Source of the DNA: an uncultured Acidobacteriota bacterium
Lineage (GTDB): Bacteria; Acidobacteriota; Terriglobia; Acidiferrales; UBA7541
Direction of reading: 5' to 3'
DNA length: 64,000 bases
NCBI GenBank assembly: GCA_963725655.1
Contig: CAVRYY010000002.1
Location: forward strand, 332,261-396,260
Of the stretch, positions 7,293-17,463 are shown piece by piece. Within the stretch, counting starts at the first letter, position 1; each line of letters begins with the position of its first letter. The position numbers and the translations under genes were made by a program. The notes under the pieces were generated by a model, which did no database searches, had not been told where the DNA came from, and was given only the letters and a program-made list of their open reading frames with translations.

Positions 7293-8534
7293 ATGGAAGG
7301 GACCGCTACTCCCGATGAGACGATGCTCATGAAATTCTCCTCCCGATTTCTCTCTTACGCAATTGCGTTTCCCGCTGGCATCGCGCTGCTCGCCGCCGGG
7401 GTGCTGCTGATCGGCGGATGCGAGAAAGCGCCGCCAATGGCCATGCCGGCGCCGGGCGTTTCCGTGGCTCGCGTAATTCAAAGGGACGTGCCGATCTCCG
7501 GCGATTGGGTGGCCACGCTGGACGGCTATACCAACGCGCAGATTCAGCCGCAGGTGGCCGGCTACCTGGTGAAGCAGAATTATCGCGAAGGGTTACCGGT
7601 CCATCAGGGTGAGGTGCTTTTTGAGATCGACCCGCGGCCGTTCAAGGCGGTACTCGATCAGGCCCAAGGGCAACTGGCCCAGGCCAACGCCCAGCTTGGC
7701 CTGGCGACACTTAATGTGAACCGCGATACGCCGGTGGCGAAATTACACGCCATCCCGCAGAGTCAGTTGGACACCGACATCCAAGCCAAGCTCAGCGCCG
7801 AGGCCGGAGTGCAAGCGGCGCAGGCGTCAGTGGAACAGGCTCAGCTCAACATGGGGTTCACCGAAGTCCGTTCGCTGATTGATGGCATCGCGGGGATCGC
7901 GCAAACGCAGATCGGCAATCTGGTATCGATTACTACAGTATTGACCACGGTATCGAAGGTGGATCCCATCAAGGTGTATTTCCCGATCAGCGAACAGGAA
8001 TACATGCGCATCGCTGGAAAAATTCCGGGTTCGGTCGACCTCCTGGCCTCCAACAATACAGTCCCGCTGACGCTGGTGCTCTCGAACGGCAGCGACTACC
8101 CGCGGAAAGGGAAAATCATTTTTGCCGACCGGCAGGTAGATCCACAGACCGGAACGATTCGCATGGTGGGAAGTTTCCCAAACCCTGGGAACGTCCTGCG
8201 TCCGGGGCAATTCGGGCGGATCCGCGCGGTGACCGAGAATCTGCACAATGCGCTTTTGGTGCCACAACGCGCGGTGAGCGAGCTGCAAGGAAGCTATCAA
8301 GTAGCGGTGGTGGGTCCGAACAACAAGGTGAACATTCGGAGCGTGAAGGTTGGCGACCGGGTGGGATCGTTGTGGGTGGTCCGCGAAGGGCTAAAGCCGG
8401 ATGAGCGAGTGATTACCGAGGGCGTGATGAAGGTCGGCGAGGGCGCCACGGTAAGCCCGACGGAAGAGGCGGCGCCAGCGGCCGAATCCGCCCCAACGCC
8501 AACTCCTGCGCCGGAAACGGGCGGGGCGAACTAG
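7293..8534 (+). CDS. RND efflux periplasmic adaptor (membrane fusion protein, AcrA/MexA-like)
   Basis: 413 aa. Lipoprotein-like signal ...LLIGGC. HlyD-type architecture, immediately upstream of the RND pump. Likely true start is ATG 7323/7329. Confidence 0.85.
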   Translation: MEGTATPDETMLMKFSSRFLSYAIAFPAGIALLAAGVLLIGGCEKAPPMAMPAPGVSVARVIQRDVPISGDWVATLDGYTNAQIQPQVAGYLVKQNYREGLPVHQGEVLFEIDPRPFKAVLDQAQGQLAQANAQLGLATLNVNRDTPVAKLHAIPQSQLDTDIQAKLSAEAGVQAAQASVEQAQLNMGFTEVRSLIDGIAGIAQTQIGNLVSITTVLTTVSKVDPIKVYFPISEQEYMRIAGKIPGSVDLLASNNTVPLTLVLSNGSDYPRKGKIIFADRQVDPQTGTIRMVGSFPNPGNVLRPGQFGRIRAVTENLHNALLVPQRAVSELQGSYQVAVVGPNNKVNIRSVKVGDRVGSLWVVREGLKPDERVITEGVMKVGEGATVSPTEEAAPAAESAPTPTPAPETGGAN

Positions 8535-8536
8535 CG

Positions 8537-11500
8537 ATGGCGAAATTCTTCATCGACCGTCCGATCGTAGCCATGGTGATCTCCATTTTGATGGTCATCG
8601 TTGGGGTAGTGTCCATGCTGGGGCTGCCCACCGCACAATTTCCCAACATTGTCCCTCCGGAAATTCAGGTGCAGGCGCTTTATCCCGGGGCGGACGCGGA
8701 GACGCTGGAACAATCCGTTGCCACGCCGATCGAGCAACAGATGAGCGGCGTGGACAACATGAGTTACATGTATTCCACCAACGCCAACAACGGGCAGACC
8801 ACCCTGATCGTGGATTTTGACGTGAAGACCGATCCGAACATCGATCAGGTGCTCACCCAATTGCGCGTTTCGCAGGCCACTTCGCAGCTTCCCGTCGCGG
8901 TAAACACCGCCGGGGTCACCGTTCAGAAATCGCTCACCGCGCCGCTGATGCTGGTGGATCTGTATTCGCCCAAGAGCACCTACGACGGAATATTTCTGGC
9001 CAACTACGCGTATATCAACCTGGTGGACGAACTGACCCGCGTGCCGGGTATTGCGCGTGTCCAGGTGTTTGGCGCGGGGCAATATGCGATGCGCTGCTGG
9101 GTGAAGCCGGATCAGCTGGCTAAGTTGGGCGTCACCGTTCCGCAGATCATCCAGGCCATCCAAACGCAGAACACCGTAAATCCCGCGGGTAAGATTGGCG
9201 GCGAACCGGTTCCGGCGGGGCAGCAATTCACTTACACGGTGCGCGCGCAGGGCCGGCTGGCGTCTCCGGAAGAGTTCGGCGACATCATCATTCGGGTGAA
9301 CCCGGATGGTTCGACGCTGCGGCTAAAAGATGTGGCGCGGATCAGCCTGGGAGCGCAGACCTACGACGTAATCGGGCGGTTCAAGGGCGAGCCGGCCGCG
9401 GTGCTGGCGATCTATCAACTGCCGGGCGCGAACGCGGTGCAGGCGGCCGCGGGCGTGCGTAAGAGCATGGAGAATTTGAAGAAGCGGTTTCCGGCGGACC
9501 TCGATTTTGGCGTGGGGCTGGATACCACGCTGGCGGTCTCCGCGGGAATCAAAGAGATCGTCACCACGCTATTCGAAGCGCTGCTGTTGGTGATTTTCGT
9601 GGTGTACATCTTTCTTCAGGGCTGGCGCGCCACGCTGATTCCGCTGCTGGCCGTTCCGGTTTCGTTGATCGGCACTTTCATCGTTTTCCCCCTGCTGGGA
9701 TTTTCGATCAATACGCTTTCGCTATTTGGTTTGGTGCTGGCGATCGGATTGGTGGTGGACGACGCGATCGTGGTGGTCGAAGCGGTAGAGCATCACATCG
9801 AAGAGGGCATGACGCCGCGAGACGCCTCGCTCAAGGCGATGGAGGAAGTTTCCGGGCCGGTGGTGGCCATCGCGTTGATCCTGGCGGCGGTTTTCATTCC
9901 CACCGCGTTCATTCCCGGAATCACCGGACGGCTGTACCAGCAATTTGCGGTGACCATCGCGATTTCGGTGTTGATCTCGGCATTCAACGCGCTTTCGCTT
10001 AGCCCCGCGCTGTGCGCGCTGCTGCTGAAGCCGCGAACCGAAAAGCATGGACCGCTGGCGCGATTTTTCAAGTGGTTCAATCGCACCTTCGCGCGCGTGA
10101 CCGATGGATACGTGGGCTTCAGCGCGGTGCTGATTCGCAAGGCGGGAATCAGCTTCCTGTTTCTCGCCGCGGTGGCGGTGGCTGCGGTGATGGTTGGACG
10201 GCAATTGCCGAAAGAATTTTTGCCGACCGAAGATCAGGGATATTTGTTCGTGGCGATGGTTTTGCCCGATGCGTCGTCCTTGCAACGCACCGATGCCGCC
10301 GCGCACAAAGTGGAACAGATGATCCTCAATACGCCTGGTGTGCAAGGATGCACCACGGTGGTGGGTTTCAGCCTGTTGAGCTTTACACAGAATACTTACA
10401 ATTCATTCTTCTTCGTCACCCTGAAGCCGTGGGACCAGCGCAAAAAGCCGGAAGAGCAATTCGAGGCCATCCAGAATCATCTCGGCGGACAACTCGCCTC
10501 CTTGAAGGAAGGCCTGGCATTCTCCTTCCCTCCGCCGGCGATTCTGGGAGTCGGCGCCTCCGGCGGCGCGACGTTCATTCTGGAGGATCGCTCCGGCAGC
10601 GGCAATGATTTCCTGGCGGCGAACGCGCAGAAATTTGTCGCCGCGGCGCAAAAGCGTCCGGAGCTGGCCGGGGTGCTCAGCACCTTCACGCCGCACGTGC
10701 CGCAGGTGTTTGTGGATGTGGACCGCGCCAAGGTGATGCGGCAAGGAGTGAACATCGGCGACGTGTATGAAACGCTGCAGACGTTCATGGGCGGATACCT
10801 GGTGAATTATTTCAATCGCTTTGGGCGGGAATGGCAGGTGTACGTCGAAGCCGACGGAGATTACCGTACCCGCGCGGAAAATGTGGGCGAGTTCCACGTG
10901 AGCAACGCCAGCGGCGCGAGCGTTCCGCTGAGCGCGTTGACCGCCACTCGAGCCGTTGCCGGTCCCGAGTTTACGATGCGCTACAACGAATACAGCGCGG
11001 CGCAGATCAGCACCGCAGCGGCGCCGGGATACAGTTCCGGCCAGGCCGCGCAAGCGCTGGAGGAGGTGTTTGCGCAGACCATGCCGCGCGAAATGGGATA
11101 TGACTGGCTGGGCATGTCGTATCAGGAGCAGAAAGCTTCCCAAGGCGTCTCTCCCGCGGCAATCTTCGGACTGTCGCTGTTGTTCGTGTTTTTGATTCTG
11201 GCCGCGCAGTACGAAAGTTGGTCGCTGCCGTTCAGCGTGTTGCTGGGCACTCCGATCGCGGTGTTTGGAGCCTACGCCGCGCTGTGGTTGCGCCATTTCG
11301 ATAACGACGTGTACGCGCAGATTGGTTTGGTGATGCTGATCGGTTTGGCCGCCAAGAACGCCATATTGATCGTCGAATTCGCAAAAAACGAATACGAAGG
11401 CGGAAAAAGCATCGACGACGCGGCCCTCGCGGGCGCCCGGCTCCGCTTGCGTCCCATTCTCATGACTGCATTCGCGTTCATCCTGGGTTGTATTCCGCTG

Positions 11501-11704
11501 TGGACCGCAACCGGTTCCGGCGCTGTATCGCGGCGGGTGTTGGGAACAGCGGTAATCGGCGGCATGCTGGCCGCATCGATCATTGCCATTTTCCTGATCC
11601 CGGTCACCTTCGACGTGGTCGAACGCTGGACGGCTCGCGTCAAGGGGACCGCCGCCGCTGCATCGCCAGCGCCGAAGCCCGGCGCGGATACAGGTGCCGC
11701 GTAA
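8537..11704 (+). CDS. RND multidrug efflux permease (AcrB/MexB, HAE1 family)
   Basis: 1055 aa. Conserved start [23 protein letters not shown] and a 12-TM organisation. The stop overlaps the next start (TAATG). Confidence 0.95.
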   Translation: MAKFFIDRPIVAMVISILMVIVGVVSMLGLPTAQFPNIVPPEIQVQALYPGADAETLEQSVATPIEQQMSGVDNMSYMYSTNANNGQTTLIVDFDVKTDPNIDQVLTQLRVSQATSQLPVAVNTAGVTVQKSLTAPLMLVDLYSPKSTYDGIFLANYAYINLVDELTRVPGIARVQVFGAGQYAMRCWVKPDQLAKLGVTVPQIIQAIQTQNTVNPAGKIGGEPVPAGQQFTYTVRAQGRLASPEEFGDIIIRVNPDGSTLRLKDVARISLGAQTYDVIGRFKGEPAAVLAIYQLPGANAVQAAAGVRKSMENLKKRFPADLDFGVGLDTTLAVSAGIKEIVTTLFEALLLVIFVVYIFLQGWRATLIPLLAVPVSLIGTFIVFPLLGFSINTLSLFGLVLAIGLVVDDAIVVVEAVEHHIEEGMTPRDASLKAMEEVSGPVVAIALILAAVFIPTAFIPGITGRLYQQFAVTIAISVLISAFNALSLSPALCALLLKPRTEKHGPLARFFKWFNRTFARVTDGYVGFSAVLIRKAGISFLFLAAVAVAAVMVGRQLPKEFLPTEDQGYLFVAMVLPDASSLQRTDAAAHKVEQMILNTPGVQGCTTVVGFSLLSFTQNTYNSFFFVTLKPWDQRKKPEEQFEAIQNHLGGQLASLKEGLAFSFPPPAILGVGASGGATFILEDRSGSGNDFLAANAQKFVAAAQKRPELAGVLSTFTPHVPQVFVDVDRAKVMRQGVNIGDVYETLQTFMGGYLVNYFNRFGREWQVYVEADGDYRTRAENVGEFHVSNASGASVPLSALTATRAVAGPEFTMRYNEYSAAQISTAAAPGYSSGQAAQALEEVFAQTMPREMGYDWLGMSYQEQKASQGVSPAAIFGLSLLFVFLILAAQYESWSLPFSVLLGTPIAVFGAYAALWLRHFDNDVYAQIGLVMLIGLAAKNAILIVEFAKNEYEGGKSIDDAALAGARLRLRPILMTAFAFILGCIPLWTATGSGAVSRRVLGTAVIGGMLAASIIAIFLIPVTFDVVERWTARVKGTAAAASPAPKPGADTGAA

Positions 11705-13101
11705 TGCGCCGGCTGCGAATCGCGCTGGTGCTGCCAATCGCTGCCGCGCTATTCGGTTGCGCGGTGGGACCAAATTACAAGCGCCCGAATGTGGACGTGC
11801 CGCCAACGTATCGCGCCGCCCCGGCGAGCACCGCTGCCGCCGATCCGGCGTCTTTAGGCGACGAAAAATGGTGGGCGGTTTTCCAGGACGAGGCGCTGCA
11901 GGGCCTGATCCGCACCGCTTTGCAGCAAAACTACGACCTGCGGATCGCCGCCACCCGCGTGGTGCAAGCGCAAGCCCAGCTCGGCATCACTCGCGCGGAC
12001 CAATTTCCCACGCTGTCTGGCGGCGGCAATATCAACAGCAATCGCACCGCTCTTTCTCCCGAATTCCCGGCATTTGAAGAAACTTCCGGTCAACTGACGC
12101 TTTCCGCGGGATGGGATCTCGATTTTTGGGGCAAGTATCGGCGGGCCACGGAAGCCGCGCGCGCCAATTTGCTGGCCAGTGAATGGGGCCAGCGCGCCGT
12201 GGTGAACACATTGATCGCCAACATCGCCACCGCATACTTTCAGCTCCGCGCGTTGGACCTCGAACTGGAGATTTCCCAGCACACCCTTTCCTCGCGGCAG
12301 CAATCGCTGAAGTTGGAGCAGGCCCTTGAAGACAATGGCTCGGTGTCGCTGGTCGATGTGCGCCAGGCCGAGCAGCTGGTGTATACCACCACCGAAACGA
12401 TTCCCAACGTCGAGCGCCAGATTCAGCAGCAAGAGAACCTGATCCGCGTTCTTCTGGGCCAGAATCCCGGCGAGGTGCCCCGCGGCCGCGAACTTACCGA
12501 GCAGCCGATTTTGCCCGCTGTCCCGGTGGGGCTTACCTCCGCTCTGCTGGAGCGGCGGCCAGACATTCAACAAGCGGAGCAACAGCTGGTCGCGGCCAAC
12601 GCGCTGATCGGAGTCGCCAAGGCTGCGTATTATCCCGATATCTCGCTCACCGGAACGGGTGGCTTTCAGAGTCCGGCGCTGGTAAGGCTATTCACCGGCC
12701 CGGCGGGGCTTTGGAATTTCGGTCCCAATGTAACCGTGCCGATATTTACGGCAGGTAAGATTCGCTCCAACGTGAAACTGGTCGAGGCCCAGCAGCAGGA
12801 AGCGCTGTTGACGTATCAGCAGACCATTCAGCAGGCCTTCCGCAGCGTTTCCGATGCGCTCATCGCTTACCAAAAGAATCGCGAATTCCGCGAGCAGCAG
12901 GAACTGCTCACCGCGTCGGCGCAGGATGCTGCGAAACTGGCCGAGATTCGCTACAAGGCCGGCGTCACCAGCTACCTGGAAGTATTGACCAACGACACCA
13001 ATTATTTTGCCGCGCAGTTGGCTCTCGCCCAGGCGCAATCGAACGAACTGAATGCGTTGGTGCAGGTCTACACCGCTCTCGGTGGCGGCTGGCAACCGTA
13101 G
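11704..13101 (+). CDS. efflux outer-membrane factor lipoprotein (NodT/OprM family)
   Basis: [28 protein letters not shown] (lipobox plus NodT signature). The ORF-track start at 11488 overlaps the pump and is rejected. Confidence 0.9.
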   Translation: MRRLRIALVLPIAAALFGCAVGPNYKRPNVDVPPTYRAAPASTAAADPASLGDEKWWAVFQDEALQGLIRTALQQNYDLRIAATRVVQAQAQLGITRADQFPTLSGGGNINSNRTALSPEFPAFEETSGQLTLSAGWDLDFWGKYRRATEAARANLLASEWGQRAVVNTLIANIATAYFQLRALDLELEISQHTLSSRQQSLKLEQALEDNGSVSLVDVRQAEQLVYTTTETIPNVERQIQQQENLIRVLLGQNPGEVPRGRELTEQPILPAVPVGLTSALLERRPDIQQAEQQLVAANALIGVAKAAYYPDISLTGTGGFQSPALVRLFTGPAGLWNFGPNVTVPIFTAGKIRSNVKLVEAQQQEALLTYQQTIQQAFRSVSDALIAYQKNREFREQQELLTASAQDAAKLAEIRYKAGVTSYLEVLTNDTNYFAAQLALAQAQSNELNALVQVYTALGGGWQP

Positions 13102-13485
13102 AGCCGCTCGGCACGCGGCGGCGAAGTGGAGTGTTGCAGGCGCTTCGGGTGCCGCGGCGGCCGTAATAGACTTTCAATGGGAATGGGCTTTCTAAGAACA
13201 CTTTAATATTCGCGAACTTTATTCACACATCCGCACTTAGCTCAGTTTTCCTCAGCTTCAGTTTACTGTTAGGAATCACGGCGATGGTCCGGCACTAGGT
13301 GTTTTCTCGCAGCCTGTTAGGATCACCGGTAATCGGTTGCCCACCTTGGATGGTTCGGGCCACGTTTTAGAAGTCCTCTCCGTAGTTCTTTAGCTTGGTA
13401 GTTTTTTACTCCCTTCCACAACGATTCGTGTTTGCGCACGGCGTTTGCCCATGCGGCAAATCCCGTGGCGCGGGGAGTTCTACCA

Positions 13486-15309
13486 ATGCGTGCAACGCCG
13501 TCCTCAGCCCGACCAAAATCCTACTGGGGGATTCTCTGTGCCGCGATGCTGGCGACCGCAGCGATGCTGGCGGTCCCGGCGGCGCACGCCCAGTCCACCA
13601 CTACCACCAGCCTGCAAATCTCGAATTCTCCGGTGTCCGCTGGGACGGCGGTGACGCTTTACGCGCAGGTGAACAACGGATCGGTCACCTCCGGCACGGT
13701 GACCTTCTGTGATGTGACTACCTTTACGTTCTGCGATAGCGCGGTGGCGATGGGCACGGCGCAGTTGTATTCGAGTGGGACCGCGGGGATCAAATTCGTC
13801 CCCGGGATCGGCGTGCACACCTATGAGGCGGTGTTCAACGGAACTACATCCTACAGCAGCAGCACCTCGCCGACGCGATCGTTGACGGTAGTCCCGACTC
13901 ACCCAACGACCACCTCGATTTCATCTTCCGGCTCGGCCGGCAACTACATCATTAGCGGATCCATTTCCGGCCCAGTCGATCCTCCCCTCTTTCAGATGCC
14001 GGGCGGGACAGTTACCTTCGTCGATCAAAACTCCGGCAACACCCTGGCTTCGGCGGCAGTGCAAGGCACCAGTTTTAGCCAGAGCTTCAACCAGACCGCT
14101 TCGCCCAGCACCGGCAGCAGCCCTATTTTTACGGTCGTAGGGGATTTCAACGGCGACGGCATTCCCGATCAGGCGATCGCGAACTATGGCTCGTCTTCCA
14201 TAACGATCCTCCTGGGGAATGGTGATGGCACTTTCACCCAGGCGACCGGTTCTCCGATTACCGTGGGTAGCGGTCCCAGCTCGATCGCCGTGGGGGATTT
14301 TGCGAATAACGGCAAGCTCGACTTGGCAGTGACGAACTTTGGCACCAGTACCGTGACCATATTGTTGGGGGCTGGCGACGGAACTTTCACCCAGGCCACT
14401 GGTTCGCCGTATACCGTGGGCACCAATCCTACCTCCGTGGCGGTGGGCGACTTCAACCGCGACGGCAATCTTGACTTGGCTGTGGCCAATTATAGCTCGA
14501 GTAACATCAGCGTGCTCACGGGAAATGGCAGCGGGGGATTTACCGTCCAGTCGAGTCCCCCGGCGACGGGAGCCGGACCGATTACCGTGGTGGCGGGAGA
14601 CGGCACCGCACTCAGCAGCACCCAACTCGACGCCACCGCGAATGTGCCGGGGACGTTTGTCTACAATCCGGCGGCTGGAACCATCCCCGCCGACGGAAGC
14701 GATACGCTGTCGGTGACCTTCACCCCAACCGACACCACCGACTACAACAGTGCCACCGCGACGGTCACCCTGGCGGTCGAAGGGTTCACTTTGACTACGA
14801 CCGCGGGTGGGACCACCAGTCAGACCGTAGCGGCAGGGGCGGCGGCGCGTTTCAATTTTATCGTGTCCCCAGTCGGATCAGCTAGGCTGGTCAGCGCTGT
14901 CACGCTCTCGCTTTCGGGCCTGCCCGCCGGTGCGACTTACAAATTCACACCCGAGGTAATCCCTGCGGGCAGTCCGGCGACCGGGGTGGATCTGGTAATT
15001 CAGACGAGTCCCGGCGGCTCGTCGGCGTCGTGGAATATGGAACCACCGGACGACGGGCCGCAGCGCGGCACAACGATCTTGCTGACGCTGGTTCTTCTAC
15101 CCTGGCTCGCGATACGGTCGCTTCGTAGGCAGAAGCGGTTCGCGTCGGGCTTGCTCGCTGCCGTCCTGTTCGCCGGATTGACCTTGGGCGTGACAGTGGG
15201 CCTGGGTGGATGCGCAGCCTCACCTCAACCTCGGACCTATTATTTGGTCGTGACCGAAACCAGCTCAACGGTGACTCACTCGTTCAACCTAACCCTGACC
15301 GTGAAGTAG
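13486..15309 (+). CDS. secreted Ig-like / FG-GAP (VCBS) repeat protein with an unusual C-terminal membrane module
   Basis: Signal peptide MRATPSSARPKSYWGILCAAMLATAAMLAVPAAHA. Three GDFNGDG.D.A..N....S.T.LLG.GDGTFT repeats. The C-terminal 90 aa contain two hydrophobic segments. Confidence 0.8.
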   Translation: MRATPSSARPKSYWGILCAAMLATAAMLAVPAAHAQSTTTTSLQISNSPVSAGTAVTLYAQVNNGSVTSGTVTFCDVTTFTFCDSAVAMGTAQLYSSGTAGIKFVPGIGVHTYEAVFNGTTSYSSSTSPTRSLTVVPTHPTTTSISSSGSAGNYIISGSISGPVDPPLFQMPGGTVTFVDQNSGNTLASAAVQGTSFSQSFNQTASPSTGSSPIFTVVGDFNGDGIPDQAIANYGSSSITILLGNGDGTFTQATGSPITVGSGPSSIAVGDFANNGKLDLAVTNFGTSTVTILLGAGDGTFTQATGSPYTVGTNPTSVAVGDFNRDGNLDLAVANYSSSNISVLTGNGSGGFTVQSSPPATGAGPITVVAGDGTALSSTQLDATANVPGTFVYNPAAGTIPADGSDTLSVTFTPTDTTDYNSATATVTLAVEGFTLTTTAGGTTSQTVAAGAAARFNFIVSPVGSARLVSAVTLSLSGLPAGATYKFTPEVIPAGSPATGVDLVIQTSPGGSSASWNMEPPDDGPQRGTTILLTLVLLPWLAIRSLRRQKRFASGLLAAVLFAGLTLGVTVGLGGCAASPQPRTYYLVVTETSSTVTHSFNLTLTVK

Positions 15310-15410
15310 GAACGCGCCAAAAATTTCTGGCTGTTTAGACCTCCTCGATGCGCGGAAGGTGGATTCTCTGCGCTATACCCAGAGACTAAGCCAGCCACCT
15401 ATCTAACAGT

Positions 15411-16439
15411 TCAGTGTAGAGCGGTGATGGGGCTCGCGCTCAGATCCTTGAACGCGAACTTCTTGCTGACGTGCGAGAACGGTTTTCCGTCGACCTCGAC
15501 GTAGGGATAAATGAAATAGTTGAGCGGCGGGCCGGTCTGCGGTGTGGCCAGTGTGAGGTCACGGCCCACGCTGAATTGCACCCGGTTCGCATCCAGCGCG
15601 CCGAAGAAGAAATCTTTTTTCGCGGGATCCTTCCATGCTTCCGAAGCGTCGATGGGAACCCATCCGTAGCCTTTCAAATAAAACTCCGCCCAGCAATGAT
15701 AACCGCCGATGTCGCCCGCCGGTTTATCCGCCGCTACCGGCAGTCCAATTTCGAATTTCGCAGGAATCCCGGCAGCGCGTGCCAGTCCGATAAAAAGGGA
15801 ATGGAAGTCGGAACAATTTCCCCGCTTTGCGTCGCAGGCCCAGATGATATCGCCGTTGCAGCAGCCCGCAGGGCTCTTGTCGTAGGTCATGTTCGCGATC
15901 ACGTAATCGTAAATCGCGCGCGCTTTATCGAGATCCGTGTTTTTGCCGGCCACCACGGTAGCTGACAGTTCTTGGATGCGCTGATTGAGCGGCACCAGAC
16001 GATCGGGCTGAAGCCAGCGATCGAGATTCGCGTCGGAAGCAGCAGCACCGTTGGTTGCTTCCGAGAAATTGTTGTGGACGTATGCGGTGCGGCGGACCGT
16101 GAACACCATGGTGACGGGAATATCCTTCACTTCTGGATTTCTTACGTCGATGTGCACAATCTTATTTCCGTATTGCGGATCGGTGAGAATTTTCGACGCC
16201 ACCGGCGAACTCACCTTGCCCTTGAGGATCTTTTGATTGTCGTCGCTCTGCGGATACGGCAACCAGATTTCAATTCGTTTGCTGTTGGCGGGAATCGCAT
16301 TCACCTGCGCCGAGTAGGTGATCTCTATAGTGCGCGTTTGCGCTGCAGTCTCCACCGGTGTAACCGGCGAACTCGAGAACGCCGCCAGCGCGGCGGTGCC
16401 CAGCATGATCGACAAACTCGAAATATATGCAATTTTCAT
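15411..16439 (-). CDS. transglutaminase-like cysteine protease domain protein, secreted
   Basis: Signal peptide. Cys-His-Asp core motifs GNCSDFHSLFIGLARAAGIPA, GGYHCWAEFY, WVPIDASE. Confidence 0.85.
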   Translation of the reverse strand: MKIAYISSLSIMLGTAALAAFSSSPVTPVETAAQTRTIEITYSAQVNAIPANSKRIEIWLPYPQSDDNQKILKGKVSSPVASKILTDPQYGNKIVHIDVRNPEVKDIPVTMVFTVRRTAYVHNNFSEATNGAAASDANLDRWLQPDRLVPLNQRIQELSATVVAGKNTDLDKARAIYDYVIANMTYDKSPAGCCNGDIIWACDAKRGNCSDFHSLFIGLARAAGIPAKFEIGLPVAADKPAGDIGGYHCWAEFYLKGYGWVPIDASEAWKDPAKKDFFFGALDANRVQFSVGRDLTLATPQTGPPLNYFIYPYVEVDGKPFSHVSKKFAFKDLSASPITALH

Positions 16440-16575
16440 GGGGCCGCCATTTTACTCCGGCCAGTCCACTTGCCAAGCGAGAAAGATGGAGCCGACTCTA
16501 GGGCAGCGAACCAGCGCGGCCGCCGATCGCGCAATCATCTTCTCGCATGTCGCGCTATACTTCATCCCACTCGCA

Positions 16576-16962
16576 ATGACGCCCACGCTGCCAAAGCTGC
16601 GAATTCTGATCGCCGACGACTCCGAATTGGTGCGCCAAGGGATCATTTCCCTGTTGCTGAAAAGCTCGCGCTGGGAGATTTGCGGCGAGGCTGGCGACGG
16701 GGCTGAGGCTCTGCAGAAGGCTCAAAAACTGCTGCCCGACCTCGTCCTGCTCGACATTAGCATGCCAGGAATGAGCGGCCTCGACGCCGCGCGGATGATT
16801 CGAGAAAGTGTTCCCGCGACTCGCATTCTGATTATGAGCCAGCACGACATCGCGCACATGCTGCCCGAAGTTCTCGAAGCCGGAGCGCAAGGCTGCGTCG
16901 ATAAGGGCCGCCTCAGCGCCGATCTGCTCCCGGCGATCGATTCCTGCTGCAGCCGCTCATGA
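16576..16962 (+). CDS. stand-alone response regulator receiver (REC-only)
   Basis: KLRILIADDSELVRQG ... PDLVLLDISMPGMSG ... ILIMSQH. No output domain. The upstream part of ORF 16318 is not protein-like. Confidence 0.8.
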   Translation: MTPTLPKLRILIADDSELVRQGIISLLLKSSRWEICGEAGDGAEALQKAQKLLPDLVLLDISMPGMSGLDAARMIRESVPATRILIMSQHDIAHMLPEVLEAGAQGCVDKGRLSADLLPAIDSCCSRS

Positions 16963-17048
16963 AATGGCGCATTAGATTTGCAAATGGAGCGCCAGCGAAT
17001 TTCCGTAGCCTCTGTGCCCGGTCTTCGTTCTTCGTCCGCCCAAAGCGC

Positions 17049-17077
17049 TTGACATTTTTTTCGCGCCATCCTATAAG
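17049..17077 (+). promoter_or_regulatory. sigma70-type promoter (TTGACA-17 nt-TATAAG)
   Basis: ttgaca 17049-17054, 17-nt spacer, tataag 17072-17077. It lies about 9 nt upstream of the riboswitch P1 stem. Confidence 0.55.
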
Positions 17078-17085
17078 CAAGACAG

Positions 17086-17232
17086 CTTGGTGAATTAGGG
17101 AAGCCGGTGAGAATCCGGCACGGCCCCGCCACTGTAAGCGTGGAGGGCCGGAGCGAACGATGCCACTGAGGCGATTCGGCCTTGGGAAGGCGGCTCCGGT
17201 CCGATGAAGCGCAAGTCAGGAGACCGACCAAG
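17086..17232 (+). promoter_or_regulatory. cobalamin (B12) riboswitch aptamer
   Basis: P1 cttggt/accaag. Conserved core agggaagccggtgagaatccggcacggccccgccactgtaa, gccactg, gggaaggc and B12 box aagtcaggagaccgacc. Confidence 0.85.
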
Positions 17233-17463
17233 CCCACATCTACTCGCACCGGTGCCTACGGGGCACTGGGGTCGATTCTGTGGGCCGCGCATCCGGCAGG
17301 CTAATCATCGAAGCGTCGTTGTGTCGTTGTGTGTGGTGGGTGCGTGATCGAAAACTTTGTTCCCACTCGGCGCGAGGGATCCACTCAGCGTTAGCTGCGC
17401 CTGGCGGCTCGTCGCACGGGTGTGTCCAGGGATTCGCTCTTTCATAGGCGAAGGAGAGTATTG

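Noticed and set aside
11488-11703. Upstream extension of the outer-membrane factor ORF
   Set aside because: It overlaps the last 72 codons of the RND pump in another frame. The lipoprotein signal begins at ATG 11704 in a TAATG overlap.
10403-11806. 467-aa minus-strand ORF inside the RND pump gene (also 8531-9226 and 9722-10345)
   Set aside because: These ORFs are antisense to the AcrB-like gene. They show no domain pattern and have an extreme Arg/His/Gln bias.
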